From contig NMRA01000020.1 of assembly GCA_002633005.1 (NCBI GenBank), forward strand, positions 1,093,717-1,157,716: 64,000 nt of DNA, written 5' to 3'. The notes under the pieces are model-generated. The model was given only the letters and a program-made list of their open reading frames with translations. It made no database searches and was not told the origin of the DNA. Positions 1 to 13,300 of this stretch are shown here, one piece after another (positions within the stretch are counted from its first letter, which is position 1; each line of letters starts with the position of its first letter). Both the position numbers and the translations under genes were made by a program. Origin of the DNA: Phoronis australis (lineage: Eukaryota; Animalia; Phoronida).

Positions 1-29
1 TTGTTTTTTAGTAGAATGGGAAATAGTGG

Positions 30-172
30 GCATGGGCGGTGCAGCACTGAAAAAGTGGGGGGCTAAATCCCCTGTGATGCACCGCCCATAGACCATGGGT
101 GGTGCAGCCCTGAAAAAAGTGACGGAGCTATAGCCCCATCCCCCTCAGCCCCCTATTTTGCGCCGCCCATGG
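30..172. repeat. Palindromic GC-rich MITE family (CATGGGCGG..GCACTGAAAAAGTGGGGGGCTA..CCGCCCATG)
   Basis: Two tandem copies at 31-172; three more at 62920-63135, one of them inverted. Confidence 0.65.
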
Positions 173-398
173 CGGGTGCCGTAAAAAATCTATGAAACGT
201 TCCGTTTTGTCGTTTTAGACAAACGGGAAATAGGGCAATTTCGGGTGTACAAAATCACAATACTGCATGGTAATATGTCAATTTCCCCGTGTGTCAACAA
301 GTTGAACATTTTGATAAGTGTGGCCGGATTGCGAGAAAAAAATTATAAAGTGTGACAGTCCGCGAACAAATAGCAACTACAATATACGGTAACAAAAT

Positions 399-562
399 GA
401 AATTTTCATTTTTTAATTTTATTTCACCGACAAAAGGTAAATACTACAGCTAACCACTGTTGATTTATTATAACAAAAAGAAATTTTCATTTTTTAATTT
501 TATTTCACCGACAAAAGGTAAATACTACAGCTAACCACTGTTGATTTATTATAACAAAAAGA
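399..562. repeat. Perfect 81-bp tandem duplication
   Basis: 399-479 repeated at 480-560. Confidence 0.9.
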
Positions 563-653
563 CTTGATGTATGCGTTCGTGTGAAACACATGAACACAAA
601 GTATAAAAAAATTAATAGAAACCCATGGAAATTGATGCGTATGCAAAGAGCAG

Positions 654-1105
654 TATCATCATCAATGCCCGTCACCCCTACTAGGATATAGGCCACGAAT
701 CAGAGATTTCCATTCTGCTCTGTCTTGGGCGATTCCTTCTAGCTGTCTCCATGAATATCCTAACCTCTCCATGTCATCGGTGATGCATCTTCTCCAGGTC
801 ATTCGTGGTCTGCCTCTATTTCGTTTACCCTGCGGGTTCCACTTTAATGCGTGTCTCGAAGGGCTACTTGTTGGTATTCTCAGTGTAAGTCCAATTAAGT
901 GTCATTTCCTTCTGCCGATCTCCTCTTCCACTGGTGTTTGTCCTGTTCTTTCCCACAATTTTTCATTTCTTATCCTTTCTGGCCACTGTATCCTCAAAAT
1001 TTTTCTCAGGCATGAATTGACCAAAGTTTGCAATCTCTTGAAGTTTGTTTTTGTGTTTGTCCAGGTCTCTGATCCATATAACAGTACTGATTTCAGTAGG
1101 GCTAC
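654..1105 (-). mobile_element. RTE-clade LINE 3' fragment
   Basis: The minus strand translates to SCLRKILRIQWPERIRNEKLWERTGQ..HALKWNPQGKRNRGRPRMTWRR..AQDRAEWKSLI with an internal stop, ending in a (GAT)n tail. This is a typical RTE C-terminus. Confidence 0.85.
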
Positions 1106-4100
1106 TGTTATATAGATCAGAGACCTGCAAAGAGTAGTATGCGTGCATGTAAAGTCGTGTCATTGTATGCAACAACCAATGGCACTGCACATGTTTGTGT
1201 ACATGTACATTAGGAATTGAGGACATAGGCCAGTTTGCCAGATTTAGGAGCATACTTTTGCAAAACGATAGAGTTATAGAAACTAATATGTTAACATCAA
1301 ATATTTCAATGAAAAAGAAGAATGTACGACATCAAAAACACCCTGTACTGGTTGGTACGACACGCACGTATACATCGGTTAGTCGCGTGTGCCTGTAAAC
1401 ACTACTGCTTGGGCGGCCTAAGCCGGGGGTCCAAGTATACATTGATTTTGCACAGACCCGATTTCCCGAAAGGTGATTGGAATACTTCAGGTTATACCAC
1501 GGAATAATAATTACATCAATATGCAGACGCTTTTTTAAAAAATAAAACGCATGTGAGGGGTGCCGAGGTGTCTCAAGGAAAATTACTTCAGTGATACGCT
1601 ACTTTTCTTTAACTACATGTATCTAGTATCACTTGTCCTAGTACCTAATTCATCTTAGCGTGGTGAACTCAGTGGTAATTTGTGCAGTTTGTAACGACAT
1701 GGTCTCATAGTTCAAACACTTGTGTCATAGACTTTGTTGTAAAACAACTTGCCGCGGAACTAGAGTTTTAAAAATGTTTGCGTTATTAATTTTTACCAAT
1801 ATTAATTTTTACATCAATCAATGTACCCCATTTATCCAACCTTGATGTGCGGAGTCGCAGATTTTTTTGCTGTCAGTAACAAGCACACTTCCATCTGATT
1901 GGCCATCCAGAACGAGGACAACAAAAATGTTCACACAGAAACAACACATTGAGGTTTTGATTTATTTCAAAATATATTTATTTTAAAATATCACCATCAC
2001 GCAGTAAAATTACACCGTGACAGTAAAAGGGAAATGTCTAGCTGGTACAAAGTTACCGTACCGTACTGATGCATGCACTCCACTTCAGTAAAATTCAGGT
2101 TTCAACCAACTTTAATTTAATCCCTCAATCACTTGGATCCGACGTTTACTGGCACACACTTATGTTACTAGTACATTTATATTGACAACGCTCCGCCACA
2201 AAACACAATGGCCATAAACTCTATCTGCCCTGTCCTACATACCCGGATGTTAATACACTGTAAGCATCAGAAGACCATAAACAGGACAGAATGCAGAAAT
2301 GATGGTGTTTCTCAAGTAAGACATTTGCAGATTTTAATAGTGTGCCGAGCTACATAACGTTTTGTCTTGAAATCTGCAGAAACAACCCATCTACCGTCCC
2401 AATACAACATTGTGAGGTGTAGCTCTCTTGGGTTATACCTTCCTTTGATCCTTCCCTATTCTTAATAACCTGGCTATATTAATAAATCTTCGAATTGGTG
2501 TCCACTCTGTAAAAATGTACAAGTATTAAACTTGTAGTCACTTTCTGTGTTTCTTCGTTGCTAGAAAACAACAGGTAACTTGGTCACTAAAACCTTAAAG
2601 ACATATTGGACTTAGAAGGAAAGTCAAGTAACAGTAAAAGACCATGAAACATCGACTTAAGTGGGTGTTCTAGGGACCAAATAAAGTTGAACAATATTGT
2701 TTCTGTGATCGGATTCTCAACCAAAAATCACTTTGTTTCAATTTCAATTTTTAAACCTCGAAAGACCAAAAATTGTATCATTGATTCTGGGTCTAATCTT
2801 TATGCTGGAAATCGAACTTATACCTTCGATGTTTTCTGCTATAACTAAATATATAATTCTGTGCATGCTCAAGTATGCACTTATTTTCTTGGATGATTTT
2901 CTTGAATCCTAGTTTGCACATGATGATCCTACCATTAAAACTATGAGCTTTTACTTGAAACCCGGTGTACCAATATTGGTTCCTAGATACTACACAGTAC
3001 ACACGCATCTTGCCTAGCATGGTTCATCAGCAAGACGGCGGACCACTCCGCTCAACGAAAACCACGTGACTTCAACTCTAGTTATATTTATCTCATTGGG
3101 CCAGACTATTCCCGGCATCTAGCCACGGCCAGAGGTCGCTACGTGAAAAGCATGACCAGTGCAACTGGCGGGTTCATAAGTTGACCGCATAGATATCGCT
3201 GGTTTTCTTGAACTGTATCTCAAGAGTCTCGCTGGATGATTTCATTATGAACAGAAATAACGAAATGAAAACGAAGCAATGAAATTAAGCTTGATAACTA
3301 GAACACTCGATCAAAACTTAGTTGAACGCGGGACAACCAGAAATTCATAGTGCAAACTCTCGCGGACAGCCAAACGAGTCCCGTGATATCTAGGGGTAGC
3401 AAGCTCTAACACTAAGGCCAGGGATCTTATCTTTGTACTCGCACTCAAACTCAAAATTAGTTTTGATATCTTCCATGCTACTTTTGTGCGAACTCAGATA
3501 AGTGCATGTTATTCTGTGCTCGAGTACATTTGATTAATAGTTTATACAAATGAGTTCTTGTCCAAGATTCGAGCTAAAAATCCAGTAAAAGCTCTATATT
3601 TAGAGTAAAAATGCGAAATTTCGAGTTTATATGCGAACATTTACCCTCAATGATGGGGTCATTAAGTACAAAGTATCATAAAGATAAGCCTATGTAAATG
3701 TAAGTATAATTTATGTTAATTAAATAACAATAATAGACACTCACCTCGCACAAGTGTAGAATAGAAATTAGCAAGAATAATTTCGAGTTCAATCTCGAAT
3801 TACAAAACTTGTCTTTGTATAAGCATTCATTTCAATGAAGTCTATAACTAAAATTACAGTGTATAGTGGAGAGAACAGCCCAGAACAGGGGATTAGGTTT
3901 CCCATGTAGAAGTTGCCTTGCCGTCCCAATTGATGCTCAGTGTTATTTACCAGTATATATTCGGAAATTGTATTTAGTTGTAAATTTACACGAATTAGAT
4001 TTCCGGAACTACCCCAATCCAGTGAATTTTCAATCGACAAGAGACGTATTCCCTAGCTTCGTTATACTCCAGTACAGCGCCAAGCCCAGTTCTACCTACA

Positions 4101-6659
4101 GTACATCTACCCTTTTTAACTAGTGATATGAAGTGATGAATCATGTATTTGAACCTCTAACTTTAATCTTTAATGTAAAGCGACTTGTAAAAGACCCACC
4201 CTATTTTAACGTTTCTAATTAGCGATCTAAGAATGAAACCCCAGAAATGTCAGCATTTCAAATAACAGGGTTAGGGTTATTCATTAAGTTCGGCGCAATG
4301 GGTTTAATAGGCAGTGAAACTGACGAGCACGGGACTGTAATTAAACATCGGATTAGTGTAACCGTACCTAACCCAGCAATTACGGCAATTTTTAATTTCT
4401 CGGATTTAATTGGCTTCCATGACAAATGACGTCGTATGGAGGTCGCAAGCTATTGTTTAACTTGCGAGATCCATGCGATGGGCGTAAGCGCGTTGCATTG
4501 TTATCGCCTATGGTACGATACCATTGTTTTCCCTTTTTCCGTCTTTAATGGATATAACAATTCAAGATATCGTACCTTGGACGCACATCAGCTTCTTTCC
4601 GATAAATGCTTGCCGTTATCATTAACAAAGAAAAACAAAGTCAACTATGGATAGGCCAATCTACCGGTCTCTATGCTACCATATTGCGAACGTGATCAGA
4701 TAGTTTCCAAGCCTCTAATGACAACATACATGTGCCCAGCAACGATTTGGTACTCCTGCGAATATTGTGAAGTAACGTAATGGAGAGATGTCAGATCTGT
4801 TGATATGAGTTTTTTGAAATATGCGACAGAGCTCCATGTTCACACGACTTCCATGGCTACAATAGTTCTCTTAATTAAGTGTTTGTATAAAAACATGTTT
4901 ACGCAGATGATTCATTTCTTCACAAACTAATCATAGCCACGAGAGACTCGTTACAACGAAAACAAATAGGACGTCATACCTACATGTATATCCAATTTCT
5001 TAAAATCCATAATGAAAATGTATGTACTTTTCATTAACTACGGTACATTTGTTTGTCTAAATGTTTCTTTAAAGCGGCATTAAATGGACATTATTATTTT
5101 TGCGACCAGAAAAATCAATTTCGGTATTATTGCTGAATGGGGTGAACTTCTTTATTTTGCACTGTATTAAGTTTGACCAATGCTCTGCAACGTTTTATGA
5201 ATTTATTCCCTTCATGATCCCAAGCTGTTTGTAACAGCACGATGGTCTTGGGCTAGGCAATGTGTGACAATCGCCAATTTTCGCCAAAAGTCGGTAAAAC
5301 GGGTAGTGCTGTGTGAATGCCTTAAAATTGACCCCGAAACAAAAGAGAAGAAAGTGGGTTTCTTATCGTGATATTGTTTGCTAGCACAGTACGGTAAAGG
5401 GTAGGGACTTTCAAATTTGGAATTGAAAGTATTCGTCAAATACAGGTATGTTTTTCATCCAGTGTCCACTACGATTGTGGATAGGCGAACTGACATGCAT
5501 GCCTGTAGGCCTTACACGTGTGTTTGCTTCAGTACTTTTAAATGCAGTAGAAGCAGACGGTAAGTTCACTAAATGCACCCCAACATTGTTACTCAAAAAG
5601 CAGACATTTAACTATCACCAGGGCTGCGACGACCAACAGTTTTAAATTTAGGAAGACTGAATGGGGCTCTCTAACTTCGTGTAGACTGAAGGGGAAAGGG
5701 TAGCCTGTTAAGCAGATTTAATTTCAATTCGGCCGTGTGCGTGGTTCCGGTGGGTGAGGTTCAGGCGCAGAGGTCTTAACCTTTTCAGTCGCGCTGTGAA
5801 GTTATGACTTGGCATGGATTTGATGAATGTATCGTGGTTGATGATTTATCAATATACCCACTTCATATTTTCAAAAATGCAATAACGTTCTCATTTTCCC
5901 GTGTTCGTAAGACAGGCTGGCAATTTTACATGCGCATGAAAGCCAAACAAAGTATTTTAGAGTACCAGAGCGTTGTTTTCGGTATAGGAACACTATTCCG
6001 ATCTAATAACCGAAGAATCATTCATTTTGCAAGTAAAAGTGTAAAAAATACATGAGTTAAAAAAAGTTAGATCTTTTCATAGTAGTGAACTTTCGAAGTA
6101 GTGAACCTTCGGAATGGAGAACCGGATGGTGAGCAGTGGGCTGTTCCCATTTCCAACGACGTAAGCAACTTAAGTCAGTAACACGCAATGATATAACTAG
6201 AAAAAAAAATCGTCAAATTATTCTCTGACTAAATATTTTTGTCCGAGTAGATGTAATCATTCATTTAAGCATGTCTGATTTGAAAATTTGGTAGGAAGTA
6301 ACGCGAGAACGTTTTGGACCAGATTACATCTGCACTAGTCCCGTTCTTTGCTATAGCAACCGTCGCGGCATCCTCATCTCTGGTACTACTAATTCCGCCT
6401 CAAACATACAACTGAGAGTCATCGTTGTGTATAAAAATTTTCAGTTGACTTTTGTCTCGTTTTCTAGTTTTTTCGATTTTTTTTTCTCTGAGGCGGAACT
6501 TTTTGCCCACTTCTCGCCAAATCAGGTACGGGGGACTGGCGAGCCTCCACCTGACTGAGCGCCCCCCCCCCCCCCCCCCCCCCCCNTGCCGGGTGCGCGC
6601 AGTGAAATACAACTGACTACTCATATTTGTGGATAAATTCTTGTAAATAACTCAAGTCT

Positions 6660-7254
6660 ACTAACGTCGGTGTCACACTCCGACTCAGACTCCCCAACGA
6701 CGTTTCACCTCCCGGCCAGAGGAGCATTTTTACGACCCGGTGACTCAGTAAGGTAGGGCAGACCACTCGCGCTGAGCTGTAAATTTGGACAAAATCGTTC
6801 TCCTTTTTTGCTCAACCGGCTCTCGCATAACGGTCTGAAGCGTGAATAACCAGCATTACTGGTCTTACAAATGACACAAATTCTCACTGCGCATGCTAAC
6901 AACTTGATACCATGACAAAGTACGTAGGCCTCAGTGAGACCGGCCGACTGAGGACGGACTAGTGAGACAAAAATTCAGTCCTTGCTTTTTATCTCGAATG
7001 TTTTGGTGCCGATTTCAACCCGTCCCGTTCAGCCATTGTTGTCAATCTTCGAAGTTAAAGGCAGGAACCAACTAAAAACTCAAACTTCCTATGTCACCGA
7101 GTGGACGTCCCTGGTGGCTTTCGGCCCGGCACTCGCTCAAGTGGTCACGCTTGGCTTGACCAGTCGCCAACCGACTAGAGCGACGTCTTTCGTGTACATG
7201 GTATTTCCGAGAGCTCTCCTTAAAAGAAGGTATACAAATGGATAAATAACAAAT
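6660..7254 (+). promoter_or_regulatory. CpG-rich ELP2 promoter / 5' UTR region
   Basis: Local CpG enrichment directly upstream of the ATG; TGCGCATGC (NRF1-like) at ~6888; AATATGGCG (YY1-like) over the start codon. The TSS is not determinable from sequence. Confidence 0.45.
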
Positions 7255-7380
7255 ATGGCGACTATCGACACATGTTTTGTTGCTGTTGGTTGCAATCGAA
7301 CGCCAAACGCGTGTTCTTGGGGCACTAACAATATCATCTTGTACGCGTCTTGCAATGGAGTTGCTGTATATAACCCTAGT
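7255..7380 (+). CDS. ELP2: ELP2 coding exon 1
   Basis: [30 protein letters not shown], donor GTGAGT. Confidence 0.9.
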
Positions 7381-10300
7381 GTGAGTTTGAAGGAACTGTT
7401 TTGGACATAGGTGTATCTAATCGTGGTTAATGTAACATCCTTGTGCAAGTTTCACTCAGTGTCTCGATTGTTGAATGTTGATTGTTGGTAAGACATTTGA
7501 CACGTAAACCGTCCGTAAATAAGTATTGACAGGCGTAAACATGAGTAAACCAGTAATTTTATGTACTGATAAATGGGTGTTCTTCAAAAATGCTGTACCG
7601 TAAGTTCAACTTTAATAGTCAGATAGGTGTGTCCCTGGACTTGATTAAAAATGATTTGAGACCCATGGCATCGTACGTCCAGATGGCTTGCATTTTCATT
7701 ACAGTGTTTGGCAATTATTTTCTGCTTTAAGCTCGCCATCAACTTAGCCTTAATATCAACTAATATAACCTTGAGTTGCTTCAAGCCAATCGTCATTTCG
7801 CCATGGTTACTTTCTCTCACTCCCCAACCTGGTTTCCGGAGTGTAGGCCTGTAATCTTAGGCTGTATGAATCTTTACGTTTTCTGTCATCTGACTCGTGT
7901 AGATCATACTTTCATAGATGGACATAGGCAATTACATGCCCATAACAAGTTTCTCATTTCAAAATACAGCAAATAAAATTGAATGAAACATGCATGCTAG
8001 TTATAATTAACACATACGCATGACTTTGGATACAATTTAGTCGACATAACTTGAACATGTCCATGAAAATCTGATCGGCGTTCACTCGAGATTCTCTCAG
8101 TGGATGCTATTTTGAGGAAATTACGTGAAATCCCGCCTGTTGATGAACAAAAAGTCCAAGGGACACAAATCTAACAAATTTCACCTAATATCTTCCCATC
8201 CTTTTTTGCAAGTGTCACGTGCCACGTCACGCGCTTCGCACAGTTTTGCGCTAGCCTTTGCCTAACACACGTGACTCATTGGAAGTATTTTATGGTTATT
8301 CCGCGCATGGTGAAAAAGTTAACGGTGACCAAAAAAGTGGAGTTGGAATTTTTTGCCAAAGTCACATTAATTCTCGTAACTAAGCTTCATCGACGATATA
8401 TGTATAAGTAGAAAGGACCACTGAAGAAAGTAAGCATCTTTTTAAATGATTATTTTCAGTGGAGAATGTTTTGACGAGTTTAAAATTCTTAATCGGTGAG
8501 CGGATTTCGCCTACCGCCTGTTTAAAATACATGGGACGAAATTAGTACAGAAAGCGATGGGAAGTATTGTAGCCCTTAACCGGCCAACCGAGGGGCTACT
8601 TGTTGCCTAAGATGGACATTGATCTGAGCCGCAGTTTTTCTGTTAAATCTGAGCTAGCTCACAATTGCAAGGGTTGACATTCGCTACATGTGAGAGGAAT
8701 TTTGTTTTGTTTTGAGTAGATTAATGCAGTTATTGTCAGCATAGTCGCTTCTTGTGTAGTCTTACTTTGACAAGAATTTGAATGTGTGAATAATCTAATA
8801 TTTGTCTGTAGACAAGCTCTAGTGCTGGACATGTGAACTCAGTGAGGGTGGCTCACTCCGACCGAATCAACTCTGTCCAGTGGATACCTGTGACAGGTGA
8901 GTCTTTGTTGGAAAAAGTCAGCTGTTCAGGCTACTGCTATTGCCATCCTTTGTGAGTGGCACTCGGTTCAAGATGGCCAATCTTCTTCACTGGATATTTG
9001 CGGGCGTGGTCTTTTCCAGCACTTTTTCTCTGGCAATAGTTGGATATAATGTGCTCACATTTTAAGAAACTTTTTGATGCCCGTTGTTCAGGGGATAAAA
9101 GTGGTTCTCAAAATGCCGGCATGTTGTATCCAACTGTATTCCTTTCTCAGGATTTACAGTTCTTTTCTGAAGTGCTGCAATTCCCTTATACTTGTGCACA
9201 AATAACTCCTTTTTTCATGCATGTTTTGACAGGCGGTAGGAGGCACATGGGGCTTGTGCTTGGTGTGACACATCGTGTGTTATTGTATCTGTGTACTCTA
9301 CAACTTCGAAGCATAGTGTATGACAGAATAATTGTATTCATCATGAAACACAGTCGTAGCACTTGAGAAAAATCCTGCAGCTCATTATTATGCGCCCACA
9401 TAATATTTATATGTTTGCGCATATTGCTGTCGTCTCTGTCTAGATGTCCAGTGTCCGCAGCTGTATCTTCGGAGTTCGTTGGATTTTGATGAATTTCGGA
9501 AAATAGGTTTCTATAAAGGAGACGACAATGTCTTCCCATTTTCGGACAGATAGATGTTTTCTGTGCCACCTGGTGGCTGTTTAAAAATTTTTGCATAATA
9601 TTATGTTTTTGAGGTCCTTTCTATCTGTCAAACCACTCAAAGGATCATTGTGAAAATTAAAAGTTGAGTTCCTGATGTGAAGACCCTTGCTGATGTTGAT
9701 TTTCGGATAATTTTGACTATTCTGGCATCTCCTGTGGCCTGGAGGCAATTTTGCTTTTTTACGTGTACAGGTCTATCTTCTTAACACTTTGCAGGATCTT
9801 TGAGAAGGTTAGCAGATGGACTCCTATAGAGATGGCAACAGATGATGATGAGTTTCAATCCAATCGAACTATAGCTGTGCCCCCTAGTGTCAATTGTTTT
9901 TTACATTTGCCTCTATATCTTAGGAGTTCCTTGGCTTGTTTTCATGAAATTTGGCAAATAGTTAAGTATTACTGAGGCAGCGCCCCCTTTTCAATGCAGA
10001 GGGGTTTGGGCATTCTGCACCATCTAATGGCCATTTTTATGATACTTAAATACACCCATAGAAGCACGCCATTTGTAGCGCTGTCGTGGGTGCATTTCAA
10101 CGCTGCGCATTGCTCTTGTAAGCTGAATGTATGGGTGAGAAAATAAGTATGACCATGAGCGAAGGGATGTGCGTGCATGGGAAAGGAAGGGTGTCAAGAA
10201 TAACCTTCTTGTGTTGTGTGGGTGAGGAAGACTGCCAACCTTGTTGTTTCCTCAAATGACAGACGAGTGAAATAGTCTTGGTCTTCCATTTAAAAATAAT

Positions 10301-13300
10301 TTAATGTATTGATGTAAAGATGTATTGTCAAAATATCGAATTAAGATTTTGAAGTTTTCAACGTCTGGGTACATGAGGTGGAAATTTCTGAATATCAGTT
10401 ATGATTCCTTAAATATTAGTCCTGGTTCAGCAAACACTTTAAATTTGTATTTTTAGGCAGTGTAACAGAAGCAATCTCAGCATCTGCTGACAAAACTGCT
10501 GTTGTTTGGAGTTTGGATGGTGATGAGGTAGGATTTGTTCAAAAGGTGTGCAGTACTTAGAAATAGGCAGATAAAATGTAATGGTTCTTGAAAATGAAAA
10601 TTATTATTAAGTGAAACACAGAATTTGGCAGCAGTTTCAGTAATTTGTCACTCTCTTACAGATTTTGTTGCAGTACTTTTGAAGTCGCGAATCTTTATCT
10701 GAAACATCAGTCTTTAAAAAATGTTTTGAATTATTACAAAAACGCTGCTTGTTTGTTATTTTCTTTTGATGCATTACTTTAAGGCTGTACTTAGTAAAAG
10801 TATTTGAATTAGATTTTAATTAGAAAGTCTTAATTTTTGAATTAATGATTTTACACAGCTTCGACCCGTCTCCACGCTGACTGGACACTCAAGTAGTGTG
10901 ACTCAAGCATCAGGTGTTTACATAGAAGCTTCAGACAAAGAACGACCAATTACATTCATAGCTACTTGCTCGGCAGACTCTACAGTTAGAATATGGAGGA
11001 GACCTGCTGACTCTGGTAAGCGTGTCACTGGGCATTGGGGAAAACTAGCTCACCCATGTGTAAGCATGCGGACTCTTAGTTTAAATATTTCTCAAAGGTG
11101 TGGTTTGTGGTCTTGCCTTTTTTGCTAACATTGTATTTCTTCACAAAGTTGGCAAAGGATTGGGCAAGATGGAATGAGTGTAACTATACTTATTCGTGTT
11201 TACATTGTTTATTTTTGACAAAAGTGCACCTGAATTACTTCCTTTCAGCCAGATAAGGCCAAAAGCATGGTTAGCTCTGGTCTCTACCCTGACTCATATT
11301 AAGAGCTACGGTTCCTGACTAAAAATAAAAATGCCAGCTCACATTATTTTCAGCACAGGATTGCCAAGCGATGAGTAAAAGAAAATCCCGCATTGTTTTT
11401 GATGAAAAAATACTGCACCACTGACTCGAGTTTCAAAAAACAAAACGAGACCCGAGCCACCTATGCTTTATCAGACAGGTATAACTTCCAGACAGTGCAA
11501 AAACATTTTGTAACTACATGATGTTTGCTTTATTTGTTGCTTTCATTCTAGAAGGCACTCACAGTTGTACATTTGGATGTACTGTTTGGTTCTTGTTTGT
11601 GTTTCAGCTGTTTCTGCAAAGCCAGTGCTTAATATGTAACATTTTCCCTGCTTACTTTGCAGACAGTTTCACATGCTTACAGACTATTAGACTTGGGACA
11701 GGGTTTGCTCTTGATGCTGCCTGGGCCAGCCTGCCTGGGTGTAACAGTAAGTAAGATGAATTATTAACTTGTATGGTTGTGTGCCCACTTGACCTAGATC
11801 CGCATCGTCGACATCTCTGCCTAGCACTGCTGTCATGGATCTGCTCTTGTGTCTGTACGGATGTCTGAAAATTTGCATGCCTGATGCTATCACGGTGTGA
11901 ACCACCTGTGCCTTTGTCTTGGTGGTTACAATACTTTACCCCTTAGGCGAAGTTGTTTTCTGCACTTATTTCTGTATGTGCGCTGTAGTTCCTTGTCGCT
12001 GTCGCAATCAAGTTTTTTGGACACAGTGTTCTTTTGATTTTTGTAGTCATTTTCATTATGCAGTATGTTGTCATCCACATCCTTCTGGCATCCACTACTG
12101 TATCTCCAAAACCTTGTGATGAATGTTTGTGAAATTTTGTGGGCATGCATGGATTTCGATCATTATGTATTTGGCTTGTATTCAAATTGATAGTGTTTGC
12201 TAAATTTTAAGCCTTTGTACAGTCCAGGAATTTGCTTGCTTAGTAGGACGTTATTTTGACGCATTGGACCTAGTCCAATAAAATTGAAATGCCAGTATTT
12301 AAAACAGGAATAATAATTAGGTCAGATTTACATAGCGCTTTGAACTACTAAGGACTTTGAACATTATCACCTGAAACTGGTCAATCGTAATCATTGTCAA
12401 TTGCCCAGGAGCATACAATGGGTGCAACCTTTGTCCCATTACTCCAATCAATGTAAATGCTTAAAATTTTCAAGCGCTAAACTGCCTCCTTGGTTACACG
12501 AGACCTGCAACGTTTTTGAAAATGTGATGTGACTGCATTTCTGTTCCTATTTGTGAGTCCAAATCCTGTCATAATAATGGCAGATATGTCATCACTAAAC
12601 ATCAGAATAGCTTGTGTATTGGACGGTAATTGTGCAGCACCTAGACATTTGGTGGACGCTTATGGGGCAGCAACTGCCGAATGAATTTGACCATCTGTTC
12701 AAACTCCTGCTGTGTTGTAGCTTTACAAATGTCATCCACGTTGCAACGTGCTCAACAAAATGTACGTGGATTGTTACTATGTAAAACGTTTGACTGTTCT
12801 TTGTTGTCCTCTCTTCATTGTAGCACCGTTACTTGCTCTGGGATGTGATGACCAAAAAATCCACCTGTTCACCCTTCAGCAGTCTCAGGTGAGTTGTCTG
12901 GTCAGTCAGAGTTACTACTGCTGCAATGGCTTGGTCAATTGGTACAGTTTGTTCTTAATGGTTTTTAAGGGCCATTGTGCCAAAAACTGCTACCTCTTCC
13001 ATAGTAAGATAGAGTTGTGTGTACTGTGTGTGTGCCGACTCAAAACCTCCCCTTCCAGTATCCAGATCCATGTACTTAATGCTCATAGTTTTGCTTGGTT
13101 AGAAGTACCTGAGCAGTTTTCAAAAAGCCGTGGTGTTAATAGTAATTCTAACTTTTATTTTGTTTGGTTTGCTTAGTTTGTCAAAGCGCAGAGCTTGGCT
13201 GGTCATGAAGATTGGCTGCGGCAGTTAGATTTTACACAAGATGGTGAGTTGCTGCTCAAAACAGTTTTGTTCAGCTTAGATTTGCATATTAAAAGGGATT

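Noticed and set aside
4266-4278. Telomeric repeat AGGGTTAGGGTTA
   Set aside because: Only two units; too short to call an interstitial telomere.
6562-6586. Poly-C/G tract as a G-quadruplex or poly-Gly coding signal (also 25070-25082)
   Set aside because: Homopolymers ending at an N mark contig breaks, so their length is unreliable.
6705-6902. Divergent gene sharing the ELP2 promoter (minus-strand ORF, possible donor AG|GTGAAA at ~6708)
   Set aside because: No recognisable protein and no convincing downstream minus-strand exons in 1-6700. A non-coding divergent exon cannot be excluded.
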